A stretch of DNA of 64,000 nt from Podarcis muralis (Eukaryota), in NCBI RefSeq assembly GCF_964188315.1, contig NC_135656.1:42656001-42720000 (forward strand), in the 5' to 3' direction. The notes under the pieces were generated by a model that saw nothing but the letters and a program-made list of their open reading frames with translations, ran no database searches and was not told the origin of the DNA. Of the stretch, positions 13,703 to 24,772 are shown piece after piece. Numbering within the stretch: position 1 is the stretch's first letter; every line of letters begins with the position of its first letter. Position numbers and translations under genes: made by a program.

Positions 13703-14461
13703 TGTTGTTGTTGTTGTTGTTGTTGTTTAGTCGTTTAGTCGTGTCTGACTCTTCGTGACCCCATGGACCAGAGCACGCCAGGCACTCCTGTCTTCCACCG
13801 CCTCCTGCAGTTTGGTCAGGCTCATGTTTGTAGCTTCGAGAACACTATCCATCCATCTCATCCTCTGTCGTCCCCTTCTCCTTGTGCCCTCCATCTTTCC
13901 CAACATCAGGGTCTTTTCCAGGGAGTCTTCTCTTCTCATGAGGTGGCCAAAGTATTGGAGCCTCAACTTCACGATCTGTCCTTCCAGTGAGCACTCAGGT
14001 CTGATTTCCTTAAGAATGGATGCGTTTGATCTTCTTGCAGTCCATGGGACTCTCAAGAGTCTCCTCCAGCACCATAATTCAAAAGCATCAATTCTTCGGC
14101 GATCGGCCTTCTTTATGGTCCAGCTCTCACTTCCATACATCACTACTGGGAAAACCATGGCTTTAACTATACGGACCTTTGTTGGTAAGGTGATGTCTCT
14201 ACTTTTTAAGATGTTGTCTAGATTTGCCATCGCCTTTCTCCCAAGGAGCAGGCGTCTTTTAATTTCGTGACTGCTGTCACCATCTGCAGTGATCATGGAG
14301 CCCAAGAACATAAAATCTCTCACTGCCTCCATTTCTTCCCCTTCTATTTGCCAGGAGGTGATGGGACCAGTGGCCATGATCTTCGTTTTTTTGATGTTGA
14401 GCTTCAGACCATATTTTGCGCTCTCCTCTTTCACCCTCATTAAAAGGTTCTTTAATTCCTT
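13703..14461 (-). mobile_element. 5'-truncated RTE-BovB LINE, intact 3' ORF segment
   Basis: ORF 13727-14440: GLKLNIKKTKIM...FPVVMYGSESWTIKK...IDAFELWCWRRLLRVPWTARRSN...QYFGHLMRR; (CAA)n tail; ctccataaagcat on both sides (13690-13702, 14488-14500). Confidence 0.93.
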
Positions 14462-15589
14462 TCATATTCATGTTCCTTTCATATCTCCTCCATAAAGCAT
14501 ACTTTTGGTTAAAGTTTATCTCCACACAGACCTTAATCATCCTGCTTGGGTCAGTTCAACCGACGATTCTAATGAGGAGGGGTTCTTGTAAATCACATAG
14601 AAGGAAAGTAAAAAAGGTTGTCCCCCCCCATTCAGTCCCATTGTCAACATACCCAGCCTTTGGTGTATCTTCATCGTAAAATATTCCTGTTTCTCCAACC
14701 CGTCGTCTTCTTTCGCAGAGGTCACTTAAAATAACAGACTTCACTCCCCTTCTTCACTTGAAATATGTGCATTTGCTTCTTTTGTAATTAATTATTACAA
14801 ATTGCTGCAGCTAGTGCGCGATCAGAGACAGCGTCCAGGAGAGCCAAGGTCCACACGGGGGCATTCTGCCTAGGGCCCTCACCCCCTTCTTTCGAATTAG
14901 GGGGTGATTTATGGGCACAGCAGGCAAGGGCAGTGTTCCCCATTTCCTTGGGGCAACAAGGGAGGCTGCCTACTCCCATAACAGCCTCTTAATTACCACG
15001 TGTGGGTCAGAGAGATGGTATTGTCGGCCATCTTCCAATGCACCCCCTAGTGGCCCCCCTTTTATTAAAACATTTATTTAAAAATTACAGCTCTGTCCAC
15101 TGCTGCCAAAATATCACAGAATGATCACTCCAATCCTGAATCCCACATCACCTTCATGTTGGCTCACCAAATATCCTCAAATATCCTGGTATGTGTAGGG
15201 ATACATTGGTGCAAATTGCTCAATTTTAAAGTGTTATTGATAGGAAATAAAACACCATCACCACCTGCACTTGCAGTTCTGGAAGCAGATTTATACAGGA
15301 ACTGTGCAAAGATACCACAGGAGTAACTAGCAACAACAGCCCTGGTCTCAATGTTCCTTTATTCTGGAGTGTTCAAGGGGCTCCATCAGAAATGTCACTA
15401 TTCCAAAATTCTGGATGCAGTGAGCATCCAGTGAGCAACACGAAGCAGAATAATATTTATTTATTTCATTTTTAAGTGCCACAATTCTTCCTAAAAGAGC
15501 CTGGAGCAGTAATCCGCAAAGCAAAGGAATTGTGAATAATATAAGTAAAAACATTTCAAAACAACCACATGTCTCCACGGCAAATGATA

Positions 15590-15885
15590 GAAACTTTGAT
15601 AGAGCTGGAAGGGACCCAAGGGTCATCGAGTCCAACCCTCTGCAATGCAGGAATCTCGGCTAAAGCATCCATGGCAGATGGCCACCCAACCTCTGCTTAA
15701 AACCCTCCAAGGAAGGAGAGTCCACCACCTCTCATGGGAGTCTGTTCCACTGCCTAACAGCTTTTACTGCCAGATAGTTTTTCCGAATGTTTAGTCGGAA
15801 TCTCCTTTCTTGTAACTTGAAGCCATTGCCTCAAGTCGTACCCTCAAGAGCAGTAGAAAACAAGCTTGCTCCATCTTCCATACCA
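15590..15885 (-). mobile_element. CR1 LINE 3' fragment (approximate ends)
   Basis: agagctggaagggacccaagggtcatcgagtccaacc is a CR1 3' end; followed by typical CR1 RT C-terminal sequence. Confidence 0.75.
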
Positions 15886-16185
15886 TTTTAAGGTTTCCAG
15901 GAGCAGTATCTTTCAGCCATTACATGCCTCAGTAAACAGAAATCTTTTATAAATCGCTCTTGTATGTGATGGTGATGATGATGATGTTAATAAGAAACTT
16001 TTTATTATTTATATGTCTCCCGTTTGATTGGATTGTTGTTAATAACGGAGGCAGTAAGATGGAGGGAGGCAGTAACAGGAACTTCCCACTGCAACCAATA
16101 CTGATTCAAGCACACGCATGTGTGATCTTTATTACGCCTATTATGCCTAAGTCCCATGCTAATGTTGACTCTGTATCTTTTGCAG

Positions 16186-16310
16186 CAAACCTGGCTACCA
16201 CTGACATAATTTTCTTAGTGTGCTGCGTTCCCTTCACTGCCACGCTCTATCCCCTCCCCAGCTGGGTGTTTGGGGACTTCATGTGCAAATTCGTCAACTA
16301 TTTGCAGCAG
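16186..16310 (+). CDS. KISS1R: Kisspeptin receptor coding exon 2 (TM2-TM3)
   Basis: ttttgcag|...|gtgagc; (A)[41 protein letters not shown]; 125 nt, phase 1 to 0. Confidence 0.95.
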
Positions 16311-16531
16311 GTGAGCTTGAATGGTGGAAGAATCTATGTGTGATATTTTAGTGGATTTACGATATTACGTGTGTTGCAGTGAGGGCGAGTGTCTGTGCAC
16401 TGTATATCATACACATATGTGCAGCTGTTTGGGAACAGTCCCTTTCCCGTGAAGGGGGTGGAGGTGAGTGCTGGAGTCTACAGGAACAGATCATATGGTC
16501 CCCCTTTGCCAGTTGTTTCTCTTCTCACCAG

Positions 16532-16667
16532 GTAACCGTGCAGGCTACGTGCATCACTCTAATGGCGATGAGTATGGACCGCTGCTACGCCACACTGTAC
16601 CCACTGCAATCACTCCGTTATCGGACCCCCCAGGTAGCCATGGCAGTCAGCTTTGCGATCTGGATTG
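16532..16667 (+). CDS. KISS1R: Kisspeptin receptor coding exon 3 (TM3-TM4)
   Basis: ctcaccag|...|gtgagt; [45 protein letters not shown]; 136 nt, phase 0 to 1. Confidence 0.95.
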
Positions 16668-16931
16668 GTGAGTGAGGGCAGCAAAGTCTATGAACACAAA
16701 TTTATGGGGAAGAAAGGGGCTGGCGCTTGCTTGATACGGAGGAGCCAGGTAAGTGTAAATCCTAACCCATCCAGTTTGGTATTCCTGGTATCAGGCTTGT
16801 CACTCAGAATCTAAGCAAGAACCAGCTTCTTTATTGACTCTTTGGTGTACATATTTACTTTGGTCAATCAAGAAGAAGTTGGTACTTGCTTAGATGATAA
16901 TACCAACTTCTTAATAGACCAAAATAGCTAA

Positions 16932-16963
16932 TTTCATGGGCTACAGTCCACTTCATCAGATGC
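16932..16963 (-). ncRNA. Degenerate hammerhead ribozyme motif from an older Penelope-like relic
   Basis: Minus strand gcat-CTGATGA-a-gtggactgtagcccat-GAAA; stem II imperfect, stem III/cleavage site not intact; next to a 12-bp hairpin at 16873-16912. Confidence 0.5.
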
Positions 16964-17269
16964 ATAACATGCAACCCTCTGCTAGCAGGGATTTTTACAT
17001 GTGGGTATACTTAACCGTCTAGGAGTCCTTTACCCTTTCTCTTTTTTTAACCTTTTATAGAGAATAATCATACACAGTGAGGTCAGAGAGTAATGGGGTG
17101 CAAAAAATACAGATTGTCATAATTTCTTTAAAGCACACATGTGTGTAAGATGGGTGCAGTAACCATTCATAAATCCAGTTACAGAAAGGTAGCCGTGTTG
17201 GTCTGCCATAGTCAAAACAAAAAAAATTCCTTCCAGTAGCACCTTAAAGACCAACTAAGTTAGTTCTTG

Positions 17270-17307
17270 GTATGAGCTTTCGTGTGTATGCACACTTCTT
17301 CAGATAC
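17270..17307 (-). ncRNA. Minimal type I hammerhead ribozyme motif (inverted pLTR copy)
   Basis: Minus strand gtat-CTGAAGA-a-gtgtg(cata)cacac-GAAA-gc-TC-atac. Confidence 0.75.
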
Positions 17308-17597
17308 ACTGAAACAGAAGTTGCCAGATCCTTCTATATAGTGAGAAGGTGGGGAGGGGTATTACTCAGAAGGGTGGTGGGAATGGGTGATTGGCAGATA
17401 GCTGTGATGAGCCTGTTGACGACTCTTAACGACTGCAATAGGTCTTACAGGAAAAAGCAAGGGGTGAGAAGGTGAAAAATGGCTTTGTCATGTATAATGA
17501 GATAAGAATCCAATGTCTTTGTTCAGACCAGGTCTCTCCATGGTTTTAAGTTTGGTAATGAGTTGCAATTCAGCAGCTTCTCTTTCCAGTATATAGC

Positions 17598-18440
17598 AAA
17601 CAGTCCATTGTATATAGCCAGGCACTACGTTACAGCCGTACCTGTTCCAATTCTACAGACAGAGACTCTCACCTAAGAGATCTACAGCAAACCTTTTTAG
17701 AACTAAAATACCCAGCAGATGAAGTTAGACAACAGATCAACAGAGCCAGACTGATACCCAGAGAGAACTTGCTGCAAAACAGACCCAAAAAAGAAAATAA
17801 CAGAACACCTCTAGTCATCACATACAGCTCCCAAGTCAAAACAGTACAACGCATCATCAGAGATCTACAACCTCTCCTGGACAATGACAGTTCTCTTTCT
17901 CAAGCTCTGGGAGGAAGACCTTTCATTGCCTACAGACAACCACTCAATCTTAAACAACTCCTAACCCACAATAATACTACAACCAGACTTAACACGGACA
18001 CTGGCACCAGAGCCTGCAATAAACCCAGATGCCAACTTTGCTGCCACATACACCCGGACAACACCATTACTGGCCCCAACAACATCACACATACCATCTC
18101 GGGACTATTTAATTGCTCATCATCTAACATTGTGTATGCCATCAAATGCCAACAGTGTCCTTCAGCTCTCTATATTGGACAAACAGGCCAAACCTTACGC
18201 CAAAGAATAAACGGACATAAATCTGACATCAAGAATCACAAGACAGAGAAACCAGTAGGAGAACACTTCAATCTCCCAGGACATTCTATACAAGATCTCA
18301 AAGTAGCTGTTTTACTACAAAGGAATTTCAGAAATAGACTGGAAAGAGAAGCTGCTGAATTGCAACTCATTACCAAACTTAAAACCATGGAGAGACCTGG
18401 TCTGAACAAAGACATTGGATTCTTATCTCATTATACATGA
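17598..18440 (+). CDS. Penelope polyprotein 3' part (RT thumb/linker and GIY-YIG endonuclease), no start codon
   Basis: Stop-free frame KQSIVYSQALRYSRTCS...CQLCCHI...NIVYAIKCQQCPSALYIGQTGQTLRQRINGHKSDI...VGEHFNLPGHS...EREAAELQLITKL...GLNKD. Confidence 0.88.
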   Translation, partial: KQSIVYSQALRYSRTCSNSTDRDSHLRDLQQTFLELKYPADEVRQQINRARLIPRENLLQNRPKKENNRTPLVITYSSQVKTVQRIIRDLQPLLDNDSSLSQALGGRPFIAYRQPLNLKQLLTHNNTTTRLNTDTGTRACNKPRCQLCCHIHPDNTITGPNNITHTISGLFNCSSSNIVYAIKCQQCPSALYIGQTGQTLRQRINGHKSDIKNHKTEKPVGEHFNLPGHSIQDLKVAVLLQRNFRNRLEREAAELQLITKLKTMERPGLNKDIGFLSHYT

Positions 18441-18620
18441 CAAAGCCATTTTTCACCTTCTCACCCCTTGCTTTTTCCTGTAAGACCTATTGCAGTCGTT
18501 AAGAGTCGTCAACAGGCTCATCACAGCTATCTGCCAATCACCCATTCCCACCACCCTTCTGAGTAATACCCCTCCCCACCTTCTCACTATATAGAAGGAT
18601 CTGGCAACTTCTGTTTCAGT

Positions 18621-18658
18621 GTATCTGAAGAAGTGTGCATGCACACGAAAGCTCATAC
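18621..18658 (+). ncRNA. Minimal type I hammerhead ribozyme motif in the pLTR
   Basis: gtat-CTGAAGA-a-gtgtg(catg)cacac-GAAA-gc-TC-atac: stem I gtat/atac, perfect stem II, palindromic AGCT stem III; predicted cleavage after C18654. Confidence 0.8.
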
Positions 18659-19057
18659 CAAGAACTAACTTAGTTGGTCTTTAAGGTGCTACTGGAAGGA
18701 ATTTTTTTTTTGTTTTCATTCATAAATCAGTATTGATAACAGAAACACAATGACATTGGGAAGTTAATTAACACCCTGCAGTATGTTAAGAAATAAGCAG
18801 GCTATAAGCAGAATTGGTGGTTCCAGTGTCTTCACTGGCACTAATGTTCACTTCAGTTGCTGTCAAAATCCTGGTCTCACCTTTTCTTCACAGGCCCACT
18901 CCTATTTACTATAAAACAGGATCTGCCTTAATCACATGGTATCTAGATAAGGCCTGGTTTGTTTACTGTTGCTCATTGACGTTATTTTGATCTCTGCAGG
19001 TTACAAGATGGAGCATCGCTGCATAGGAGCCTGACATCTGTGTCTTTGACCCCCTAG

Positions 19058-19296
19058 GTTCCTTCATTCTCTCATTGCCCATGGCTGTGTACCATCGCAC
19101 TGAGGTCGGCTACTGGTACGGCTTGCGCACCTACTGTATTGAGGCATTCACCAGCAAGAGCCAGGAGCGCATCTTCATTCTATACACTTTCTTGGCTGTC
19201 TATCTGTTGCCCCTCCTCACAATCTGCCTTTGCTACTCTATTATGCTCAAGCGCCTTGGACGCCCTGTGGTGGAACCCATGGACCATGATTACCAG
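19058..19296 (+). CDS. KISS1R: Kisspeptin receptor coding exon 4 (TM4-ECL2-TM5)
   Basis: ccccctag|...|gtaagt; (G)SFILSLPMAVYHRTEVGYWYGLRTYCIEAF...YLLPLLTICLCYSIMLKRLGRPVVEPMDHDYQ; 239 nt, phase 1 to 0. Confidence 0.95.
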
Positions 19297-19493
19297 GTAA
19301 GTCGGTGGACAGAAATTGAATGGTCACCCTGTTTCTTGTTGGGCTTTCACAACTCTGTCACCCTATACACATCACAGGCAAATTTTCAATTTCGCTATTC
19401 TAAAGGAGGCCTATGAAATCTATACCAAACTGCTGAAAGACAGGCAAAGTACTAAACACCTAGGGGAGGAGTCAACTAACAAGCCCTGTCAAT

Positions 19494-19677
19494 GGGGCTG
19501 GATTAACCATTACGCAAAAGACACATGTGCTTAGGGCATCAAGAGAAGGGGGGGGGGGGTCACGACAAAAAAATTCCATTGCTGAATTTACCATGGGCCA
19601 TATGGTGCAGCTGGGGAAAAAATGGCCTCCACAATAAATGAAAAAATTACATATATATCTGTGCAAGAATAAAAAGA

Positions 19678-19729
<52 letters not shown>

Positions 19730-19889
19730 GAGATTAATGATATACAACAAAATATATAACAAAATTAAAATCTGGTAAACTGCCACTTGGTCCACCAAGG
19801 CTCACATGTTTATATTTTGAATTAGATATATATGGGGGCACCAAAATCTTTTACATGCTTAGGACCTTTAAGGGTCTTAATCTGGCCCT
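19494..19889. mobile_element. Possible hAT-like MITE containing an (AAT)n microsatellite
   Basis: Imperfect 13-bp TIRs ggggctggattaa / ttaatctggccct; no clean TSD. Confidence 0.4.
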
Positions 19890-20020
19890 TAAGTCAACAT
19901 AAGTCCTGCACAAGGACTGATTTTTATTATATTTTTAATTTTTATTGTGTTTTAAATATTTTGTTCGAAGCCTCCCAGAGTGGCTGGGAAAACCCAGCCC
20001 AAATGGGTGGGGTATAAATA

Positions 20021-20067
<47 letters not shown>

Positions 20068-20291
20068 TTCCACTTGCATAATGGGGCTTTGGGGCTTTTC
20101 TGCCTCCCCTCCAGGCCTCCTGTTTGGTGGGTGGTGGTTAGGGGGTCGGGAGAACCCTTGGAACAAGGCATGTGGGGAGGAGAGAGGGGGGGTCATTCCA
20201 CCTGCTAAGCCGAAAGGCTTTCACTGATCGAACAAGTAGAAGAGCAGGACGTCAAATTCCTCCCCTATTCTCTTATCATGTAGCAAGTTTC

Positions 20292-20560
20292 CAAAAAGGG
20301 CAACTAAAATGATCAAGGGGTTGGAGCAGCTCCCTTATGAGGAAAGATTACAACATTGGGGGCTTTTCAGTTTAAAAAAATGATCGGGGGGGGGGCATGA
20401 TAGAAATTTATAAAATCATGCATGGCATGGAGAAAGTGGATCTCCCTCTCTCATAATGCTGTGTGGGCAGAGTGCTGTTACCCGCATGTCCTGTTTTCAG
20501 GCTCCCAATAGGCATCTGAGAACAGGACGCTGGGTTTAGATGGGCCTTTGGTGTGATCCA
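20292..20560 (+). mobile_element. CR1 LINE 3' fragment (approximate ends)
   Basis: aagggcaactaaaatgatcaaggggttggagcagctcccttatgaggaaagatta... (RATKMIKGLEQLPYEERL). Confidence 0.75.
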
Positions 20561-20626
20561 CCAGGACTCTTCCTATTCTCTTACACTGGGTGGATCACCT
20601 GTGACTTTTCTGTTCAGTCCCAGCAG

Positions 20627-20983
20627 GTGCAACACATGTCTGAGCGCTCAGCTGCCATGAGGGCCAAGATTTCCAAGATGGTGGTGGTGATTGTGCTGCT
20701 GTTCACCATTTGCTGGGGTCCTATCCAGCTTTACTTGCTCTTCCAGGGCTTCTACCGCCACTTCCAGGCCAACTATGAGACCTACAAGATCAAGACGTGG
20801 GCCAATTGCATGTCATATGCCAACTCGTCTCTCAACCCCATTGTCTATGCTTTCATGGGAGACAGCTTCCGCAAATCCTTCAAGAAGGCGTTCCCCTTCC
20901 TTTTCCGACAGCGGGTTGGGGACAACGGCGTGCACTCAGGCTGCCGCAATGCGGAAGTGAAATTTGTCATGGAGGGAACTTAA
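20627..20983 (+). CDS. KISS1R: Kisspeptin receptor coding exon 5 (TM6-TM7, C-tail, stop)
   Basis: VQHMSERSAAMRAKISKMVVVIVLLFTICWGPIQL...WANCMSYANSSLNPIVYAFMGDSFRKSF...EGT*; AATAAA at 21374-21379. The spliced CDS is 1161 nt with no frame break. Confidence 0.95.
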   Translation: MQHMSERSAAMRAKISKMVVVIVLLFTICWGPIQLYLLFQGFYRHFQANYETYKIKTWANCMSYANSSLNPIVYAFMGDSFRKSFKKAFPFLFRQRVGDNGVHSGCRNAEVKFVMEGT

Positions 20984-23332
20984 CCCTTTCGCCTGACCTG
21001 GCTTCCGTCATGAACGATTCTGCCTGGTCTGTGCTGCCAAAGGATGCTGAGAAGGACAAAGACGATAGAGAAAGATGACCTGTGTCTTACAGATAGAAAT
21101 TCGTGGTTATTTCAATACAATAACCAGAACACTAAGGATTTTAGTTCATCAATACACAGTAATAATGACTTGGGGGAAGGTCTGATTGTGGATTTTAGTT
21201 TTAACTTAAATGATGCAGGAATCTGAACCGAAGTGCTATGCCACGAGATTAGCAGAAGGAAGCCTCTTTTTGTGTTTGTGGAGTGGATAACATGAGTGTA
21301 CTCTGCCTTCTTCAGCACATGGTTTTGTGTTTGGTGCCCCATCTTGGATTTATCCTGGAGCCTCAAATGTAAGAATAAAGCTTTTTCAAACTGCATTTCC
21401 TCCGAGGCTTAAATACATTTAAAACCTGTGTTTCCCAAGTTCTACTCATCCAGCACTGTAACCACTACACCACACTGCCACAGGGCCAGCAGCATAGGTT
21501 ACATTGTCCATACCATTGCAGACAGACATTAGATAGTAGCAACCTCCTTTTAAGATGTTTCACCTTTCTCCTGCCGTGAAGATGGGATAATCCAGAGGTC
21601 AAAAAGCACAAAATGTTCCTTCTTGTCATTCTCATTAGAAGGTGTCGCTTAGGCAGGTTGAAGTGAGCAGTAGCCACAATAATTTCACCCGAAGTTCTGG
21701 AAAATTACATTATCAACAGCTATTGCTCCTCCTGGTGGGTTCATTCCGCACATGGTTCTGTGTTCTCAAGGGCCACCTACTGGACGATGTTTCAGGCTGC
21801 AGTCCTGTTGCTTATATGGGAACGCAGTGAGGCTTCTCAGTAAAGATGCCTGGGATTGTGCTGTTAATACCCAATTAATCTGGAATGCACATTTTAAAAA
21901 GGTCCAAACTAAGCACATTGGTGCCCAAAGAAAAACTGCTTTTATACAGCCATTGTCAACACTGTGTTAAGATGTAAGTAGTCAAACTTAGGGCTGCCAT
22001 GCTGGTTTTCCTTTAAAGAAGCTCTACAGTTTTGGGTGGTCCTGGTTTTTACTTTTTGAAATATGGCAACCCTAGTTGGCCTCCTTACTGCGCTGCAGGT
22101 TCTATGGAGAAGGAAAAGGTTTTTGCAGACCAGCAAGAATCCATGTGGGGTTTTGTGAGTGCATATATGTGCATCTGTTTCTGTTCATCAACTTCCTGTT
22201 GCCCCTTGTATAACTCAGCAGGAAGGAGGAGGAAGAGGCAGAACTAGAACTGGTTCGCTACACCGGTCATTGGCTCTGGCTCCACCTACTCTTACTCTCT
22301 CTGCCTTCTGTCCTGCCAGTTCTAATGGGCACCAGCCATTACTGTTAGTTATCACAGTGGGTAAGTATAAGATCCTATGCACACTGACTTAGAGTGTGCA
22401 TAAGATTCAGTAGGACTGATTTATAAGAAAACATGCATAGAAGTGGGGTTATGTCAGTAGCCCAGTCAGAAACCAGGAACCATAGGGATTACATGAACAG
22501 GAGATTGGAAACATGTGCCTGTGGTTGTCCTGGAGCATATTCTCTGTAGCTTGCAAAGCTCCTCACTTTGCTTGGCTAATGTGCCTAACATCTTTACAAC
22601 CCACAGAGAAGGTATTCCAGAACAACTAAAGGTGCAGGTACCTGATTTCCTATAGCCAGTAAGTGGGTTTTTTTTTGCATGTTTATAAAATATTTAGAGC
22701 CTATGTCTGAACTTTCATTTTCAAGGCAGTTTATACAACACTTCTTCTTCTTCTTTAAACACATTAAAAGAGGAATAACAGAACCGAAACGTAAAAGCAG
22801 AATAGTACAGTAAAAAAAAAAAAAAAGAATTATACAGGCAATAACTACGGAGGCCACTTTCATATCATCAAGGAAGTGCATTAGCTGGAAAAGAATAATA
22901 ATGAGAGCCCAGTTTTGTAGACTTCCTAACTATGGCGGAGGTATATTGTATTTCTGTTTAAATTGTAGTCATTATTTCTAAATTTGCATGTAGAAGAGGA
23001 CGTGTAGAGATGCAAATTTGGAAATAATGAGTACAGTTTAAACAGAAATACAGTGCATATTATCCAGATTTCATCTCCATTTTAAATGCATTTTGAACAC
23101 ATTTTAACACTGCCAGCCACCAAATAAAGGGGACAGTCCCTGAAAGTCATGCAAAACCTTAAACTTTTTATATCCTTCATTGTGTGGTTTGAAGAAGAAG
23201 AGGAGGAGGAGGAGGAGGAGTTTGGATTTGATATCCCACTTTATCTATACCTGAAGGAGTCTCAAAGCAGCTAACATTCTCCTTTCCCTTCCTCCCCCAC
23301 AACAAACACTCTGTGAGGTGAGTGGGGCTGAG

Positions 23333-23479
23333 CAGTGGCGTAGCATGGGGGGTGCATGGGGGGCCGGCCGCACCGGGCGCAACATCTGGGGGTTAGGGTT
23401 AGGGGGCGCAAATCCACGGGTTAGGGGGCGCAAATTACTTGCCTTGCCCCGGGTGCTGACAACCCACACTACGCCACTG
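23333..23479. mobile_element. hAT MITE inserted in a MIR/L2-tailed SINE
   Basis: 11-bp TIR cagtggcgtag/ctacgccactg; perfect 8-bp TSD gggctgag (23325-23332, 23480-23487). Confidence 0.88.
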
Positions 23480-24015
23480 GGGCTGAGAGGCTTCAGAGAA
23501 GTATGACTAGCCCAAGGTCACCCAGCAGCTGCATGTGGAGGAGCAGGGACGTTTACCAGATTATGAGTCTACCGCGCTCCAGTGTGAACTCCATTGGGGG
23601 ACAGGACCTGGGAGAGGAAATTAATATGGTTAAGGTGGAGTAAGATCTGGCCCTCAAAACCATTTTCTTCAGTTTCAACCACCATTACAGAAAATTCAAT
23701 GAAAATAATTCACAGTTGTTTTCTCATGTCTGCATGGATGGGGATCACTTTTAGAAACCAGGTAACAAGTTCTGTTGGTGTAATCGTGGAGCCATAGGGA
23801 CATATTGGCACCTTTGGTGCCCCTGCCCATCAGTTCGCACTTTCTGGTCCACTGTAATAGCAGAAATTAGCACTATTATTGGTAATGCGGTACAGGCAGA
23901 CCTGGCTTTGTGCCACCTACCTATATTCAAAGGCAGTAACTTCTCTGTCATGCTGAAACTCTTTATTATCTATCTGATAATGGCTGCTCAGCTCATAGTG
24001 GCCCAGGGGTATAAC

Positions 24016-24085
24016 GGTTGCTCAAACATCACAGCAAATAATTGGATTAGGGTTGCTCAAACATCACAGCGAATAATTGGATTAG
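24016..24085. repeat. Tandem duplication, 2 x 35 bp
   Basis: ggttgctcaaacatcacagc(a/g)aataattggattag twice, one mismatch. Confidence 0.9.
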
Positions 24086-24242
24086 GGAAGCTCTGCACAT
24101 TGCAGTCTTGGAAAAACTCAGGCACCATCTAAGAGTTGGGGGGGGGGGCAAAAAACCAGAGGATTTTGCAGCTGTTTGGTTGATTTTTATGACTTTTACT
24201 TACCTGTAAATGGAAACATTAATGACTCTTGTCATCATTTGA

Positions 24243-24420
24243 TTGGGCTTTATAATAACAGACAATTTTACCTATGTGGGTTCCACCATAACCAGCAAGC
24301 TTTCCATTGACACTAAGATGGACATGTGTATTGGTAATGCAGCTATGGCAATGGTTTGCCTCTCCAAAAGGGTATGGGAGAATGTGGTGCTAATACCCAG
24401 TACCAAGATGAAGGTCTTCC
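24243..24420 (+). mobile_element. Old RTE-clade LINE fragment
   Basis: DNFTYVGSTITSKLSIDTKMDMCIGNAAMAMVCLSKRVWEN resembles the RTE 'FTYLGS...RIGKA...L.KRVW' segment. Confidence 0.6.
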
Positions 24421-24771
24421 CTGACTCTCTCTCTCTCCCCCAAAGCGATAGAACCTATTGCTCACCTGCTGCTTCTTCCGGGTATTTGTCTTTCAAGCCT
24501 AAGTTAAATGTTTCTAAATGACTATAATCCCTACATTGTGAATTATAGAATTGTAGATTTGGAAGGCACCCCGAGGGTCATCTTGTCCAGCCCCCTGTAA
24601 TGCAGGAATCCTACCCACCAACCCTCTGGTTAACAGCCAGATGCACTGCCCCATTGCTTTGCACAGTCTCTGTACACGGCTGAAAGCTTTGTGCTTACTC
24701 ACCTTTCGTTGTATACTGGTTTTCTTTATCTTGTTTCTCTCCTTTTTTTGTTGGACTAATCCAATTAAAAA

Positions 24772-24772
<1 letters not shown>

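Larger units (their letters stand above)
17176..18716 (+). mobile_element. Penelope-like retroelement, 5'-truncated, with inverted pseudo-LTR
   Basis: GIY-YIG ORF; arms 17214-17590 and 18338-18716 are near-perfect reverse complements; TSD cattcataaatc at 17164-17175 and 18717-18728. Confidence 0.92.

Noticed and set aside
13755-14270. 171-aa plus-strand ORF
   Set aside because: Antisense shadow of the BovB ORF.
13060-15060. LINE-like sequence on both sides of the BovB copy
   Set aside because: It looks repeat-derived, but I could not obtain a diagnostic translation or clear ends, so it is not called as a feature.
20207-20220. aagcc-GAAA-ggctt GNRA hairpin followed by ctgatcga
   Set aside because: Too short, and the order and spacing do not fit a hammerhead or any RNA gene I recognise.
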